A DNA stretch of 64,000 nt from positions 266,786,001 through 266,850,000 of the forward strand of contig OZ024742.1 in the NCBI GenBank assembly GCA_964016885.1. The letters are read 5' to 3'. The notes under the pieces were generated by a model, which worked only from the letters and a program-made list of their open reading frames with translations, was not told the DNA's origin and ran no database searches. Both the position numbers and the translations under genes were made by a program. The stretch comes from Eledone cirrhosa (Eukaryota). Numbering within the stretch: the first letter of the stretch is position 1; the number at the start of each line of letters is the position of its first letter. Shown here one piece after another: positions 40,250 through 53,745 of this stretch.

Positions 40250-40424
40250 TATAATAATAATAATAATTGTTTCTACTTTTGGCACAAGGTCAGCAATTAT
40301 CCCAGTGCATTACTGGTACTTATTTCATCGACCCCGTAAGGATGAAAGGAAAAGTGAACCTCAGCAGGATTTGAACTCAGACCGTAAAGGGCCGTAATTC
40401 TATGCTGCAAAGCATGGCGTCCGA
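40250..40424 (-). mobile_element. SINE-1 copy (5'-truncated)
   Basis: Reverse complement match, (ATT)n tail. Confidence 0.9.
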
Positions 40425-40600
40425 ATAAATACAAAGTTATATAGAACAAAATCCCAAGAGGACTCGATCAAAATTGTATATATGCAATTATATGCATAAC
40501 CTTAGAGCAAATATTATTTGAACATTTCAAAAGTCCAATCACAGTGTTCCCACTTTCACCCCATTCAGGATTGTTAGAGACCGAGAAATTCCAAATTCAT
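40425..40600 (-). mobile_element. Diverged relative of family B terminal repeat
   Basis: AAAATCCCAAGAGGACTCGAT...AACCTTAGAGCAAATATT...CTTTCACCC parallels 23025-23140. Confidence 0.5.
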
Positions 40601-41098
40601 CTGTTATTTCGCGTTTCCTCTTTTTCCCCCTCACTTTCATCTTCCCCTTGGCAGGGGCAACCGTCATGACTATTGATCTTATCAGAGTCACCAAGACAGA
40701 CAAGAATGCGGGTGGAAATTATCGTCACATCGGACACCTGGCCAGAATGCTTGTAACAGAATGGAATCTGCTATGGAGACCCAATGATCAGGTGCTGCTG
40801 ATAAATTTCGTCAGAGAGTAAGACTGCTTGCAAATGGATCACTGTGGGACTTGAACACGGTACTCAATGTACCGGAACAAATGTCGTAATGCATTCTATC
40901 CAACGATTTAATGATTCGTCAAGTCATCGTATGCATACTTACACACTGACACAGACATACACAGACAGACACACACACAAACGTAATTTATGTATGTATA
41001 TATGTATGTATGTATATATTGTTGTGTAACCACTTCTACCTAACTCGTCTCATGGAAGAGTGCTCTACCACTACGGATATTACCTTCAAGTGTTCTAC

Positions 41099-41142
<44 letters not shown>

Positions 41143-41418
41143 GGTTATGCACGAGTGCATTAATGTTTTCCAGGACACAGTGTTATGTACCGTGTAGTGG
41201 AATGTCAGCTTACAACAGAGTGGTGCTCAACGAAATGCAGAAAAAAGGTGTATATTCCAGTTTAGCTATATTCCGGTGCGTGTATAAAGAATTAAAAAGA
41301 ACAGGAAGATGCATATATATATATATACATATATCACGATACATTAACGGAGCCATAGACTCTCACCGTTCCCTGTAAATAATGTGCTCAAAGGAGAAGA
41401 AATCCTGAGCTCTTTAAA

Positions 41419-41582
41419 ATACAATATGTTGAAAAGGTAACACACTAGAGAGAGATACAGTGCGCTATCAATAAAACAGGGTAAAACCACCAGTGTATAG
41501 ATTCCATACACTGGTGGTTTTCCCTGTTTTTTGGATAGCACACTGTATCTCTCTCTAGTGTGTTACCTTTTCATCATATTGT
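41419..41582. repeat. ~80-bp-arm hairpin at the end of a TA-flanked insertion (41335-41582)
   Basis: ACAATATGTTGAAAAGGTAACACACTAGAG...CCACCAGTGTAT vs ATACACTGGTGG...CCTTTTCATCATATTGT. Confidence 0.85.
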
Positions 41583-41595
41583 ATATATATATATA

Positions 41596-41814
<219 letters not shown>

Positions 41815-41839
41815 ATATATATATATATATATATATATA

Positions 41840-41890
<51 letters not shown>

Positions 41891-41949
41891 ATATATATAT
41901 ACATATATATACATATATATATATATAAATATGTATATATATATATGAG

Positions 41950-43006
41950 AGTATTGAAGTTTGCTTGAAGCATTGTGGAATAATAGGTAAATATCTTTAA
42001 GTCGTTTGGAAGCCTCGACAATGCAAATGGGTAAATCTCCGGGTAACAAGATCCGGTGGTAGAGAGACAGATGTAAGTGGGTGTACATTGAGATGCGTGG
42101 TGTGTGTAAGACGTGTAGAGGAATGAACTAAATAGTATAAAGGATAAAATAAAAATAACAACACGGGAGAGAGTTACCTTGGGAAAGATTTAATTGTCCC
42201 TATATATTTCGGAATCACATCCATCAACTGGGGTTTTTTTCCGGGGTGGGGGAAAGGTTGTCTGTCGCAAAGGTGCGAAACGCGTCCTCCGCTGTTTGTT
42301 GTTTTGAATATCTGAGGTATTCAGCAGAACGCGCGTGCGCGTGAAATGGGGTCGGTCGGGCAGAGGTCAGCGGCCGAATGAGGGAGTGGGGTGGCGCTAG
42401 CTGTCAGTCCATTCTCTGCCTGTTTGTTAAATGTTACTGTGTGTGTGTGTGTGTGTTGTCTCGCTTGAATGTGTGTGTGTGTGTGCGTGTGTTGTTGCCT
42501 TGTTCCTCTGTATTGGCAGTGTAGTATGTTCGTATGGTGGAATGCTACTGTGTGTGTGCGCGTGTGCGTGTTTAGTTGTCTCGTTTGTATGTGTGTGTGA
42601 GTGTGTTGCTGCATCGTTTGTTAACTTAAACCAGCCACTTCATTTCGCTTCTCTCGGATCGATTGTTTATTTGCGGTGCCAAGCGTTTGATAAAAAGCGC
42701 TTCCTTGATACGTAACGTGCCGACGTTTCTTTCAGTCGCTAGAATTGTGACAATGGGCCTTCCGTCTTTGTTTCCGCATTTGTCTATGTGTTTCCGGAAA
42801 GACGAGGCCCTTGATTTAGTGTGTTCCTTGATCCGGATGTGCAAAGGTCGGATTGTGCTACCTATATAGTATTGGTTGCACCTGTCACATTCTATCTTAT
42901 ACACGACGTATGTGCGTAGGCAACAGTTCGCATGGCGTATCGGGCAGTCTCTGAGGGAGCACGTGTCAGTAGATTTCCCGGGTTTCCTGGAGAGGCATCT
43001 TCGCAT
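41950..43006 (-). mobile_element. PLE (Penelope/Poseidon-like) 3' portion with UTR and decayed hammerhead (~42198-42232)
   Basis: GIY-YIG ORF; minus strand CCC-CAGTTGA-TGGA tgtgat TCC-GAAA-TATA-TA-GGG; (TA)n flanks. Confidence 0.75.
42626..43006 (-). CDS. PLE GIY-YIG endonuclease, 5'-truncated
   Basis: VVYKIECDRCNQYYIGSTIRPLHIRIKEH...FRKH...LRIKEALFIKRLAPQINNRSE (CCHH + GIY-YIG). Confidence 0.9.
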   Translation of the reverse strand: MRRCLSRKPGKSTDTCSLRDCPIRHANCCLRTYVVYKIECDRCNQYYIGSTIRPLHIRIKEHTKSRASSFRKHIDKCGNKDGRPIVTILATERNVGTLRIKEALFIKRLAPQINNRSERSEMKWLV

Positions 43007-43010
43007 ATAT

Positions 43011-43730
43011 ATATATATATATGAAAACAGAGAAAGAGACGATTATTAGGAAGAAAAATATATTTTTTTCCGTTTTTGTTTCTCTCTCTCTTTTTTCTGG
43101 GTTAGAAAATGATTAAAACGAAATGTTTTACTTTGTGTGAAGTGTTAAGGTATTAGTTGATTTATTTATTATTTAATAATTGTTTCTACTTTAGGCACAA
43201 GGCCAGCAATTACCCAGTACATTACTGGTACTTTATTTTATCGACTATTTATCTATTTTTATGCATTATCAAATGATAGTGAAATGTATTAGTGTGGTGT
43301 CATACATGTTAAAGAGAAGGTGCAGAAAGAATAATGTTATTTACAAACAAGGTTTATGAAGTGAAAAGAAAAAAGAAAAAAAAAGAAAAAAGAAAAAAGA
43401 AAAAAGAAAAAGAAAAAAGAAAAAAAAAGAAAAAAGAAAAAAGAAAAAAGAAAAAAGAAAAAAGAAAAAAGAAAAAAGAAAAAGGAATGGCATAATGTAG
43501 AGCATAAAAAGTCAATGTGGAAGAAAAAATTATTAAATATATAAATAGATAAATAAATGCCATTCTTAAATAATAAATAAATCAACTAATACCTTAACAC
43601 TTCACACAAAGTAAAACATTTCGTTTTAATTATTTTCTAACCCAGAAAAAAGAGAGAGAGAAACAAAAACGGAAAAAAAAATATTTTTCTTCCTAATAAT
43701 CGTCTCTTTCTCCCTGTTTTCATATATATA
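43011..43730. repeat. ~160-bp inverted repeat (43011-43175 / 43566-43730) enclosing a SINE-1 tail (43175-43244) and a (GAAAAAA)n array (43364-43485)
   Basis: Direct reverse-complement comparison. Confidence 0.85.
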
Positions 43731-43936
43731 TAAGTATGTACACGTAAATACATATATGTATACAGACGTACAATAGTATGTATATATATATACATAAATG
43801 CACACATATATATATGTACGTATGGATTCACCGAACATTTATTATAATGCTCTGTGTGTTTGTAAACAAACGTCCCGTATTAAGCCGTAGTGTCTAGCAA
43901 CCATCGTTGCTCGTTTGTTCAACACTGACAAAGGAA

Positions 43937-43977
43937 CGCTGTACTAGTTTCAAGCTTATTAGCTATCGTCAGCAACG
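43937..43977 (-). ncRNA. Minimal type I hammerhead ribozyme (family F, left arm)
   Basis: Reverse complement of 44382-44422. Confidence 0.85.
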
Positions 43978-44381
43978 TATACCTTCCTGCCAGATTGTTA
44001 AACATATATACTTACCTTATACATATTAACGGCTGAGTAGCCCAATTTGCATATCGAGTGGGTTAATCGGCCGGGTGCACCGAAAACGATAAACGGAAAA
44101 AATGAAACGAGATTTCATTTCTCACTCTTATGTGTGCATATATGTATATATATATATACATACTACTGTACGTCTGTATACATATAGTTATGTACGTGTA
44201 CATACTACTATTTAGGTAACAGCCGTACTAAGAGTGAGAAATGAAATTTCGCTTCATTTTTTCCGTTTATCGTTTTCAGTGCACCCGGCCGATTAACCCA
44301 CTCGGTATGCAAATTGGGCTACTCAGCCGTTAATATGCATAAGGTAAGTATATGTGTTCAACAATCTGGCAGGAAGCTATA

Positions 44382-44422
44382 CGTTGCTGACGATAGCTAA
44401 TAAGCTTGAAACTAGTACAGCG
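44382..44422 (+). ncRNA. Minimal type I hammerhead ribozyme (family F, right arm)
   Basis: CGTTG-CTGACGA-T-AGCT aata AGCT-T-GAAA-CTAG-TA-CAGCG; palindromic helix III ACTAGT. Confidence 0.85.
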
Positions 44423-44680
44423 TTCCTTTGTCAGTGTTGAACAAACGAGCAACGATGGTTGCTAGACACTACGGCTTAATACGGAATGTTTGTTTAAAAA
44501 CACACTGAGCATTATAATTGTTCGGTGAATCCATACGTACATATATATATGTGTGCATGTATGTATATATATACATACTACTGTACGTCTGTATACATAT
44601 ATGTATGTACGTGTACATACTTATATTTAAGTAACAGCCGTACTAAGAGTGGGAAATGAAATTTCGTTTCATTTTTTCCG

Positions 44681-44711
<31 letters not shown>

Positions 44712-44767
44712 TAACACGTGTGCTTCCTCTCCACATTTTATTATATATATATATATATATATATATA

Positions 44768-44935
44768 GTGGTAGAACACTGGAAGCTACTATCTGTAGCG
44801 GTAGAGCACTCAGTCCATGGGACGAGTTAGGTAGCAGTGACGATGACATTCTACTGACATGGCTTAAAGAGGCTGTTAGCATAATTGCAAACCAATCGAA
44901 TATTATTATTAATATTCAAAAAAACTCAGATTACA
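44768..44935. mobile_element. Composite of family H (inverted; other copy 41030-41102) and family G (direct; other copy 46695-46900 minus) termini
   Basis: Pairwise reverse-complement matches; microsatellite flanks. Confidence 0.7.
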
Positions 44936-44986
44936 CACACACACACATATATATACATATATATATATATATACATATATACGTAA

Positions 44987-45031
<45 letters not shown>

Positions 45032-45116
45032 TACATATATATATACACATACATATATATAGATATATGTATATATATATATATAACTGTTTCTACTTTA
45101 GGCACAAGGCCAGCAA

Positions 45117-46283
45117 TAATGGGTTATTTCTATGTTTAGATATTATTCTAATTTCTATGTTGTCTATGTTACCGTCGTGTTGTTGTCTGGCATGTTCGTA
45201 TAGTACTGAACCGTTTTTTCGTCCTTTTAGTTCCCCCCAGTGTTGGTCTATCCTCTCACCTATGCTACGATCTGTCTCGCCTATGTATGTTGTTGTCATG
45301 TTTCTGCAAGTACCCTCTGTACATCTTATGCTGTAGACTACGTTTCTAGTTTTACAGTTTATCTGGGGTTTACCTTACATATGATACATTTCCTATTAGT
45401 ACAGTGGGTTTTCTTAAAAGGGTAGGTTTTGCTGATCAGGGATTTTATGGTGGTTCCTGGCTTTTCTACCACCTTAATCTTTAAGTCGGGGGGAACTAAA
45501 AGGACGAAAAAACCGTTCAGTACTATACGAACATGCCAGACAACAACACGACAGTAACATAGACAACATAGAAATTAGAATAATATCTAAACATAGAAAT
45601 AACCCAGCAGATAGGCAAATCAGAGAGGCCAGTGAAATAGAATTTAGAAGGCCAAGGCTAAACAGAAAGAATGAATAGAATAACAACAACACCCAAACAA
45701 ACAACACTGACCTAAGAGAAGTATAAATAAATAAATAGATAAATAAATAAATAAATAAATACATACACAAGCACAATAACAACAAACACATATAAACACA
45801 CACTAGTAAAGATAGAATACATTAACCAATACACAGTCACCCAATCACGAACACACATCAAACAAAACACTATACACACACGCAAACGCATGCGCAAAGA
45901 AGACAAAATAAAATAAACTAATAAATAAATATATAAACAGACTGAATAAAGATGGCGTAGAAAATGCAATGCAAGGGGAGGAAACAATAGCACCACTGAC
46001 GATGTTGCAGATGTGCAACGAAGAACTTTGATAAACTATATATATGTGTTTGTGTCTATATTGTATCTGTATTATTTTTGACCGTTGGTCAGTCAATGGC
46101 AACATTGAGGACCGAATAAATTAGATTACCGATATAAAAGACACAGAAGCGAAAAGCGAAAACCAACCAAACAGTGAGTGTGTTCTGTTATTAATTCTGG
46201 CAATATTACACAAATATGACCCTCCCCAAGTATAACAATATTTGTTTCGACACACGATTTCATATCAAAAACCTCGCAAAACT
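45117..46283. mobile_element. PLE family C inverted insertion (minus EN piece 45117-45488; plus EN end + 3' UTR 45487-46283)
   Basis: Close match to 63298-64000; [16 protein letters not shown]; hammerhead remnant CA-CTGACGA-TGTTGCA gat GTGCAAC-GAA-GAAC-TT at ~45991-46030. Confidence 0.9.
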
Positions 46284-46297
46284 AATTCATCGCCGTT

Positions 46298-46474
46298 ATT
46301 GGCAGTATCGGTAGAGGGTTGGACGCCATGCTTTCTAGCATAGTTACGTCCCTTTACAGTCTGTGTTCAAATCCCGCCGAGGTTAACTTTGCCTTTCATC
46401 CTTACTGGGTCGATAAAATAAAGTACCAGTAATGTACTGGGTAATTGCTGGTCTTGTGCCTAAAGTAGAAACAG

Positions 46475-46477
<3 letters not shown>
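46298..46477 (+). mobile_element. SINE-1 copy
   Basis: Match to 1503-1690. Confidence 0.9.
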
Positions 46478-46514
<37 letters not shown>

Positions 46515-46611
46515 ATATATATATGTATATATACATACATACATATATATATGTATATATATGTATATATATGTGTATATATATGTATATATATATGTAT
46601 ATATTTACGTA

Positions 46612-46668
<57 letters not shown>

Positions 46669-46825
46669 ATATATATATGTGTGTGTGTGTGTGTAATCTG
46701 ATTTTTTTTAAATATTAATAATAATATTCGATTCGTTTGCAATTTTGCTAACAGCCTCTTTAAGCCATGTCAGTAGAATGTCACCGTCATTCTTGCTCTT
46801 GTGTTGGCATATAAACAGAACGGCA

Positions 46826-46866
46826 GACACTAATGTTTCTGGGTGATTGCCCTTCATCAGTACCGT
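46826..46866 (-). ncRNA. Hammerhead motif, partly decayed (family G)
   Basis: Minus strand GGTA-CTGATGA-AGGG caatca CCC-A-GAAACATTA-GTGTC; core intact, helices I and III imperfect. Confidence 0.55.
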
Positions 46867-47559
46867 ATACTACTTACCCGCCAACTGTCAAAGCTAGTGA
46901 TAATATATATTTTCTGAAATATACAGTAACTGATCGGCCTGATTTGTCATATATATATATGTAAACGCTTACACGAGTACACACACTTATTATTTTATAC
47001 ATATCTATATACATACACTATACATTTAACTGTGTATGTGTATATGTGTATGTGTGTGTGCCTCTGTCTGTGGTTATATGTGTATATAAGCCTCGGAGTA
47101 TATAAGAATAGGAAGGGGAATATGTGTGGAACCTATATTTAGATAAGCCAAATTCTCTTGTCAATATTCAGCCTAACATACTTTTAGATGGAGGAAAGGA
47201 TTTAAAAATATATCAAGGAATTTTAAGCAAAAAGAACTTCACTCATAGCATTTACGTTCCTCCTTCTTAAGATGTGTTTTGAATTTCTTTTATTTTATGT
47301 ATTTTTTCATTTCATCTATTTCATGCATTCCTGAACATTCGAATAGAATTTATTTGTTATTTCACTAGAGAATCTCTCCTAATTAGAAACCATTCACTTG
47401 ATGTTAAGAACCACTGAACTGTCGGTATTAATTAGTCTGTTATTGAGTCCAGATTTTCCGCCTTTTACTTCTTTACTTCTCTAAAATCTTCCTATCCAAC
47501 AAATTGATACTTTCACTATGTTCTCTTTGATGAAATCTTTCCTCATACTTTACTGTACG

Positions 47560-47609
<50 letters not shown>

Positions 47610-47723
47610 TTATGTATGTTTGGGCGCGTGTGTGCGTGTACACGAGCGTGTGTATGAGTGTATATGTATATACATATGTATATGTATATATACTTCGTCT
47701 TCTGCATGTTATTATTATTTATT

Positions 47724-47754
<31 letters not shown>

Positions 47755-49326
47755 AAGTAGTTTCCTCTTCATCCGCTATCATTTGCATTCTGTTCTATGA
47801 ATGTATTATTAGCTATTGGACGTAATTGTTACATATTTATATGCTATAAAGCTCTGCGTAATTCAATCCGATTATCTTTTGTGGTTTTGTTTAATTTTTC
47901 TATATGTGCTTGTGTATTGATTTTCGAAAAATATTTTTAATATAATGATCTGAAAAATAAGAATGAAATGGAAAAAAAAAACTAAAGAAAACAAAAGAGA
48001 CGTGATTATAATTTTTAGGTTATCACTGTTACTCAATGGATACATTTCTGTCTTTGATGGAATATGAAGTATTCTCTTCTAATGAGGTTTCATTGAGAGG
48101 CGGAAGCATGTAAAAAATAAAATAAAATAAATACACCCGAAATAGTCTAAATCTCTCCGATTATTCAGATTTCTTTCAAGTATATAATTTTAATTTTGTT
48201 CAGTTTTAAATATGTTGCTAATTAGGAAGAGAAATATGTAAATATCCGAAGAACAGGAAGAATATGATGAGAACCACTGATTAGTTCCGGCTTCTTGGAA
48301 CAAAGCGGAATGAGAAATTAATATTCAATCTTGACATGACAACCGTCTAACATAGGAATCCTTCTCACACTATTTTCTATATATTTTCAACAAATTGATG
48401 GGTTGGAGCACCTGATAATCGATGTATTGCTCAGATATACAATTAAAATACACCTGGAGTCGATTGCAAATGCAGATATAACATTTGGCTCTTGATATTG
48501 CTGTTGTAATTGTTGCTTAACCTCTTGTCAACCTTGATCCAACAGACATATGGTCAACTACTTTCGATCCGGAACTATATCGCATCACATTTTAAACATA
48601 GTATATCTGGATTTACATTGCCAACAGTCTCCGTATCATTTTTCATGATTGTTGTGAATGTAATTTTAAGGAAAGTTTGCTACTATGGCTCCCATGTATA
48701 ACCATTGCCTACAGGCACCTTCATCGGCTTGAATGACATTTTAAATCACGATTCGCTCAGATGTAATTTCAATTTCGTTTACTACTTTTCGAACCAAATT
48801 TCTAGTAATATATCAAATGTAACAATGCGATTATAAGACTGAAATCATTACTAATAGATAGAGAATTAAAGTAGAGGATTAACAAGACTATCAGGATTTA
48901 ACATTTGAGATGTTAATTTATATGAACATTTGAAGAGTAAGCCCACATGTCCCTATCATATAAAAAACGTAATGCACTAATAAATTCACTTTCGCTTTAT
49001 ACCCCCCCACACACACACTATATAAATGTCAATTTCTGTCTGTGTATCTGTGTATATGTGTATAACCAGTTGGCGCCTACACCAGTGATCCAATCCTGAT
49101 GAAACGTTACACACATGTTAAGCTAATGTTCAGGACTGGCTAATTGGATTTCAAGAAAAATTAATAATGGAATCTCTGGGGACATCTTTACAGTGGAAGA
49201 GGAAAGAAAATACTTTTCAGTGAGAGAGGGGGAAGTGGAAGTACTACTACTGTATTTTAAACCGTCGCTCCCACTACTCCCTTCCTCCTCCCACAACTCA
49301 GTCCACCAAAACGAGGCAACAACTTA

Positions 49327-50188
49327 TCTATATATCTAAAACAGAGAATGTCTATCTGTCTGGCTGTCTGTCTCCCTAAAACTTGAGAACAACTCAACCG
49401 ATTTTTTTCAAACTTTACACATGTAATACTTATGGGCGTGTGAGTGTTTTGAGCCAAAAATACTTCAATGCCCTCGGCACCGCATTAGGCGAAAAACCGC
49501 ATATTTTAGGCTTTAAAGACTTTTTTGAGGCATAATGGAACAAAATACAGGCGATTTCTTCAAAATTTGCATTACTTATGTCGTTTAAAGTGTTTTGAGC
49601 AAAACAAATGTTCTCATTTTTTGCCCCAGGGACCGCATTAGGCGAAAACACGATTTTTTGAAGCATTCTGGTTGTGTTAGGGCCTGTAACTCGAGAAGTA
49701 CCCAACCGATTTAAAAAATAATTTGCGTATGCATTACTTTGTTTCACAAATGTTCTTGACTGAAAAGGAATTTCGAATTTTTGACCGGGGACCGCATTGT
49801 TTAGCATTTTGGTTGCGTTAGGGCCTGTAACCTTTAAAGTATCCAACTAAATTCCTTCATGCTCTGCCCAACTGCAGTCCCACATGCTTACTGCTCTGTA
49901 GCTATTGATTTCATTGTACCATAGCACAACAAATACATGTTCGGTTTGTCGAATATCTTTTTACTTAACCCTATCGTCTTGGCTTTTGTGGGTTTGTACA
50001 TTTTACTCTCAGGCACCCAATTAAGTTAAACCCCTGGTAATCTACGACGAATTTTTTTTATAAGCATAAAATGTAGACACCATTCCCAGGTCGAGGTATT
50101 CCGTACTTCTCTGTACTGTTTCAGAAAGGAGGGATAAACATGGTAATCTATGTTTAGAATCCCGAGCAATGCCAGGCCATTCTGCTAG
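49327..50188 (+). mobile_element. Non-autonomous Helitron
   Basis: A|TCTATATATCTAAAA...(CTGT)n 5' end; 3' CCCGAGCAATGCCAGGCCATTCTGCTAG|T; internal direct repeats; a second Helitron-like 5' end at ~49017. Confidence 0.8.
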
Positions 50189-50260
50189 TTACAAATATAC
50201 ATAAAGAAATTTTAAACAAAGCAGACGACAATCTAATTTTGGTTGACGACTGAACAGATG

Positions 50261-50299
<39 letters not shown>

Positions 50300-51100
50300 A
50301 TCCACCGATATGGATTTTGAACACTTGCACACGCTTAGGTCACATTAAGGTTAACTGCAGGAATCGGTGATAAGTTACAAAAACGTGTGAAGATCAATGA
50401 CCTGGGAGTTGTCTTACCACGAGATTAGTCCGAAGAATAAAACCCAAATCGTATGTTGACAAATATTCGTATTCCCGGCATGTTAATTGTAACAGGCCGT
50501 CTTTGAGAGTAGAGTTTATTTTGTCGATATTTTGAGGTGTCGGATCGTGGGAATATTAACACGAATTAAGAAGATGTAACTTCTCCCCCATTATTGACAC
50601 TTTGCAACTATGAATGTTACAAGGCCCTCTTTAGGGTCAACACTTCTGATTGTTTATCCGACTTATTATGGTGTGTTTTCCTGGGTTATGTCTAATATAG
50701 GGGGAAAACGGGATGGTTTTATTGAATTGCTTCCGTCATTCGAAGGGCTTTACAAACAGTGATATACAGGGTGCTTGAACAGTACCTCAATATGTTAATT
50801 CGGTTATAATTTCTTCACTAATTGCGATGACTTCCTCAATTGCCCCGTATTTGTTCTTGAGCGCTAAGACAGTAAGTTTGCTATTCTTATACATAAGTTT
50901 GTTGAATAAGTTCGATACTCTTCGAACTCAAACTTACTAGGCTTATTCACTCTGAATGAAGAAATCTGGATGGAAGAAGGACATATGACTTAAACAGCTA
51001 TTGATAGTTCCACACAAAATAATTGATCTGCCATAAACACACCTAGAAAATCTTTCTATTGAAAATCCTGTATGGGCACCCAGGGTCGCTAGCATTTTCA
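50300..51100 (-). pseudogene. Highly decayed coding remnant, possibly PLE RT N-terminal region
   Basis: Minus-strand KSDK and HDPTPQNIDKINSTLK resemble PLE ADKG...DPT motifs; many stops. Confidence 0.35.
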
Positions 51101-51479
51101 GGTGCACTCTGGGAACTGCGAATCACCCCACCCGTCTCGGGTAATTACCGGGTACTGCAGCTAGTTTAATATATTTCACCAATCCCCTTCTGCATTTTTT
51201 ACCTCATCAGTTGGGTGAAACATTTCTAGTTAACATTATACACATACATACACACATACATACACTCATGCACAACAATACACAGGCATCTACACACTCA
51301 CACAAACATACATACTCATACACACACCAATATATGGACACACACATATACAGACATACTCACACACAGCAATACGCACACACACACATACACACATATC
51401 TCATACAGACTACATGTAAGGATCAGTGAGCTGGAATTTGCAGACATAGTACTACTTACTTCTTTGGTCATTAATCTTG

Positions 51480-51865
51480 GGTAATGACTGTAAAAATACA
51501 ATAGCGAAGACAAGCAGCCGATATGGGGGTCCTCAAAATGGTCTTTGGAGTAAGGTTACTTGATAGGTTGCATAACTTGGAGATCAGGAAGTCATTTCAG
51601 GTAGAGATGTTACTTCTCTGAATCAAGAGATAACAGCTCTGATACTACAGACATGTGGTTAAAATGTCTAAGGAATGAATCACTGGACAATTTTATGGGA
51701 AAAGCCAAAGGGCTTATGGGTAGACCAAGAGTCTACCCATAAGCCCTTTGGTTGTGCTTGGAGATCTAATTGGATCGTTTAGAGACAATTGCTTCTGATA
51801 GGATCCTCTGGAAGGCATGCTTGAGGGCTCTGCCTTATGTCCTCCCCAGGAATAAGTAGAAGTAG
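51480..51865 (+). pseudogene. RTE-like LINE 3' remnant
   Basis: Homologous to 31550-31830 and 52420-52760. Confidence 0.65.
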
Positions 51866-52214
51866 GTGAAGAAGAAGTAGACAACATACAGATTCAGTGT
51901 TACCGGGTACTGCAGCTATTATATATATATATATCGTGAAAAAAGGCGTAGACTTTAGAAAACGTTCTATACAGATCATGTGATATAAGGAAAATGATCT
52001 AAAAAAGGGGTTTGAAAAGTGCATTTGGTATATATAAAGGATTTTTGTACAAAAATTTATGTTAAACAGTGATATTTCGTAAAGCCTGCTTTCTCCGAAC
52101 TGGATCATCAAAACATTTGTTATTTGGTGAAATTTGTCTTTTTGGAAGTGATCCTGTATGCTGATACACACACATACACGCAGACACACACGCACACACA
52201 CACACACACACAAG

Positions 52215-52276
<62 letters not shown>

Positions 52277-52282
52277 TGTATG

Positions 52283-52318
<36 letters not shown>

Positions 52319-52414
52319 CATGTGTGTATGTATGTATATATATATAACAATATATATACATACATATCATAATAATAAGCAACAGGAACAAACTATCTAT
52401 ATATCATTGGATTA

Positions 52415-52762
52415 AAGTTACTCCATAGAGTGTGTAGCTTGGAGATCATACAGTCACTCCAGGTAGAGCTGCTACTTCACCGAATTGAGAGATCGCACCT
52501 CCGATACTATGGGCATGTGGTTAGAATGTCTCAGGAATTAATCGCTGGACAGATTTTACGGGCAAAACCAACCGGTAGGAAAACCAGTGGTAGACCCCGA
52601 GCAAGATGGTTGGATAACATCCATGAGCTTGGCTGGTTTTACTTGGGGACTAGCCGGATCAGTTGGAGACGGTTGCTTCTGACACGACCCGCTGGAAGGG
52701 GTGTTTGAGGACTCTGCCCCTACAACCCTCTCATTATTAAATGGCAAAGAAGAAGAAGATGA
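52415..52762 (+). pseudogene. RTE-like LINE 3' fragment
   Basis: IERSHLRYYGHVVRM...SGRPRARWLDNI; (GAA)n tail. Confidence 0.8.
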
Positions 52763-53303
52763 TGTTTTTTCAGAATTATGTTGTATTGATATGGTGAGAT
52801 TTCAAACCTAAATCCCACATCGGTAGCCGAATCCAAATATTACTATTGAGTACTGAAACTAGTGAACCATCGGTTCACTAGTGTATCAAAACTTTACACA
52901 CCAACACACTATATATATATATTTATAACCCCCCACATACACCCACCAATATATATATATATATAAGAAGGCCGTATCGTATAAAGCATAGCTCAATTCA
53001 ATTATACTCTATGTTCCCTGGCTGAAGAACATTTTGCTTGTGTTTTTAATATACATTCAACTATTAAAACATATATGGGACCAAACTACACAAATTCAGT
53101 TAAACTATATAACTTTATATTACTTTATGTTGATCGTTTGTTAGAATTGCGCAAATGAAAATATATGGCTCTTTAGTTATTTCATTTTCATATGGTTTCC
53201 TGTTCAGGTCTACCAAGTTGCACAGTTAGTTCACCAATTCCTTTCGAGAGAAATTTGCTAAAGAGTAATTGTGGGGAACCCATTATAGTATAACAACACA
53301 CAC

Positions 53304-53334
<31 letters not shown>

Positions 53335-53338
<4 letters not shown>

Positions 53339-53745
53339 TTTGAACAATGAACAAAAAAAGGCGAAAATTGGTATTTAATTAGTTCATTATTGTACGATCG
53401 TTTCAGAAGGTTTGTTTCCGAGGAAGATTCTGAGATGATCAGGAGTATTGAGACTAATAATTGTTTCTACTTTTGGCACAAGGCAAGCAATTATCCCAGT
53501 GTGTTACTGGTACTTTATTTTATCGACCCCGTAAGGATGAAAATCAAAGTTAACCTCGGGGGGATTTGAACTCAGATCATAAAGGGCCATAACTATATTG
53601 AGACTAATAATATGTGGTTGCAAAATCACTATCAGTTGGTCAATATATTGATTCATCATGATCAACGAACCTTCTTAAACGATCGTAAAACTAGGAACTA
53701 ATTAAGAACCAATCTTTGCCTTTCGTTTTCATTGTTCAAAACACA
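53335..53745. repeat. Diverged fold-back cassette with 3' half of a hammerhead (GAAA-CGATCG-TA), interrupted by a SINE
   Basis: 53335-53415 vs 53665-53745 reverse complement; microsatellite flanks. Confidence 0.65.
53458..53595 (-). mobile_element. SINE-1 copy, 5'-truncated
   Basis: TSD TATTGAGACTAATAAT. Confidence 0.9.

Larger units (their letters stand above)
43730..44680. mobile_element. Family F fold-back cassette, ~400-bp arms, each with an intact hammerhead
   Basis: 43730-44128 vs 44230-44625 reverse complement; extra partial repeats at 44130-44230 and 44640-44680; TA-rich ends. Confidence 0.85.
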
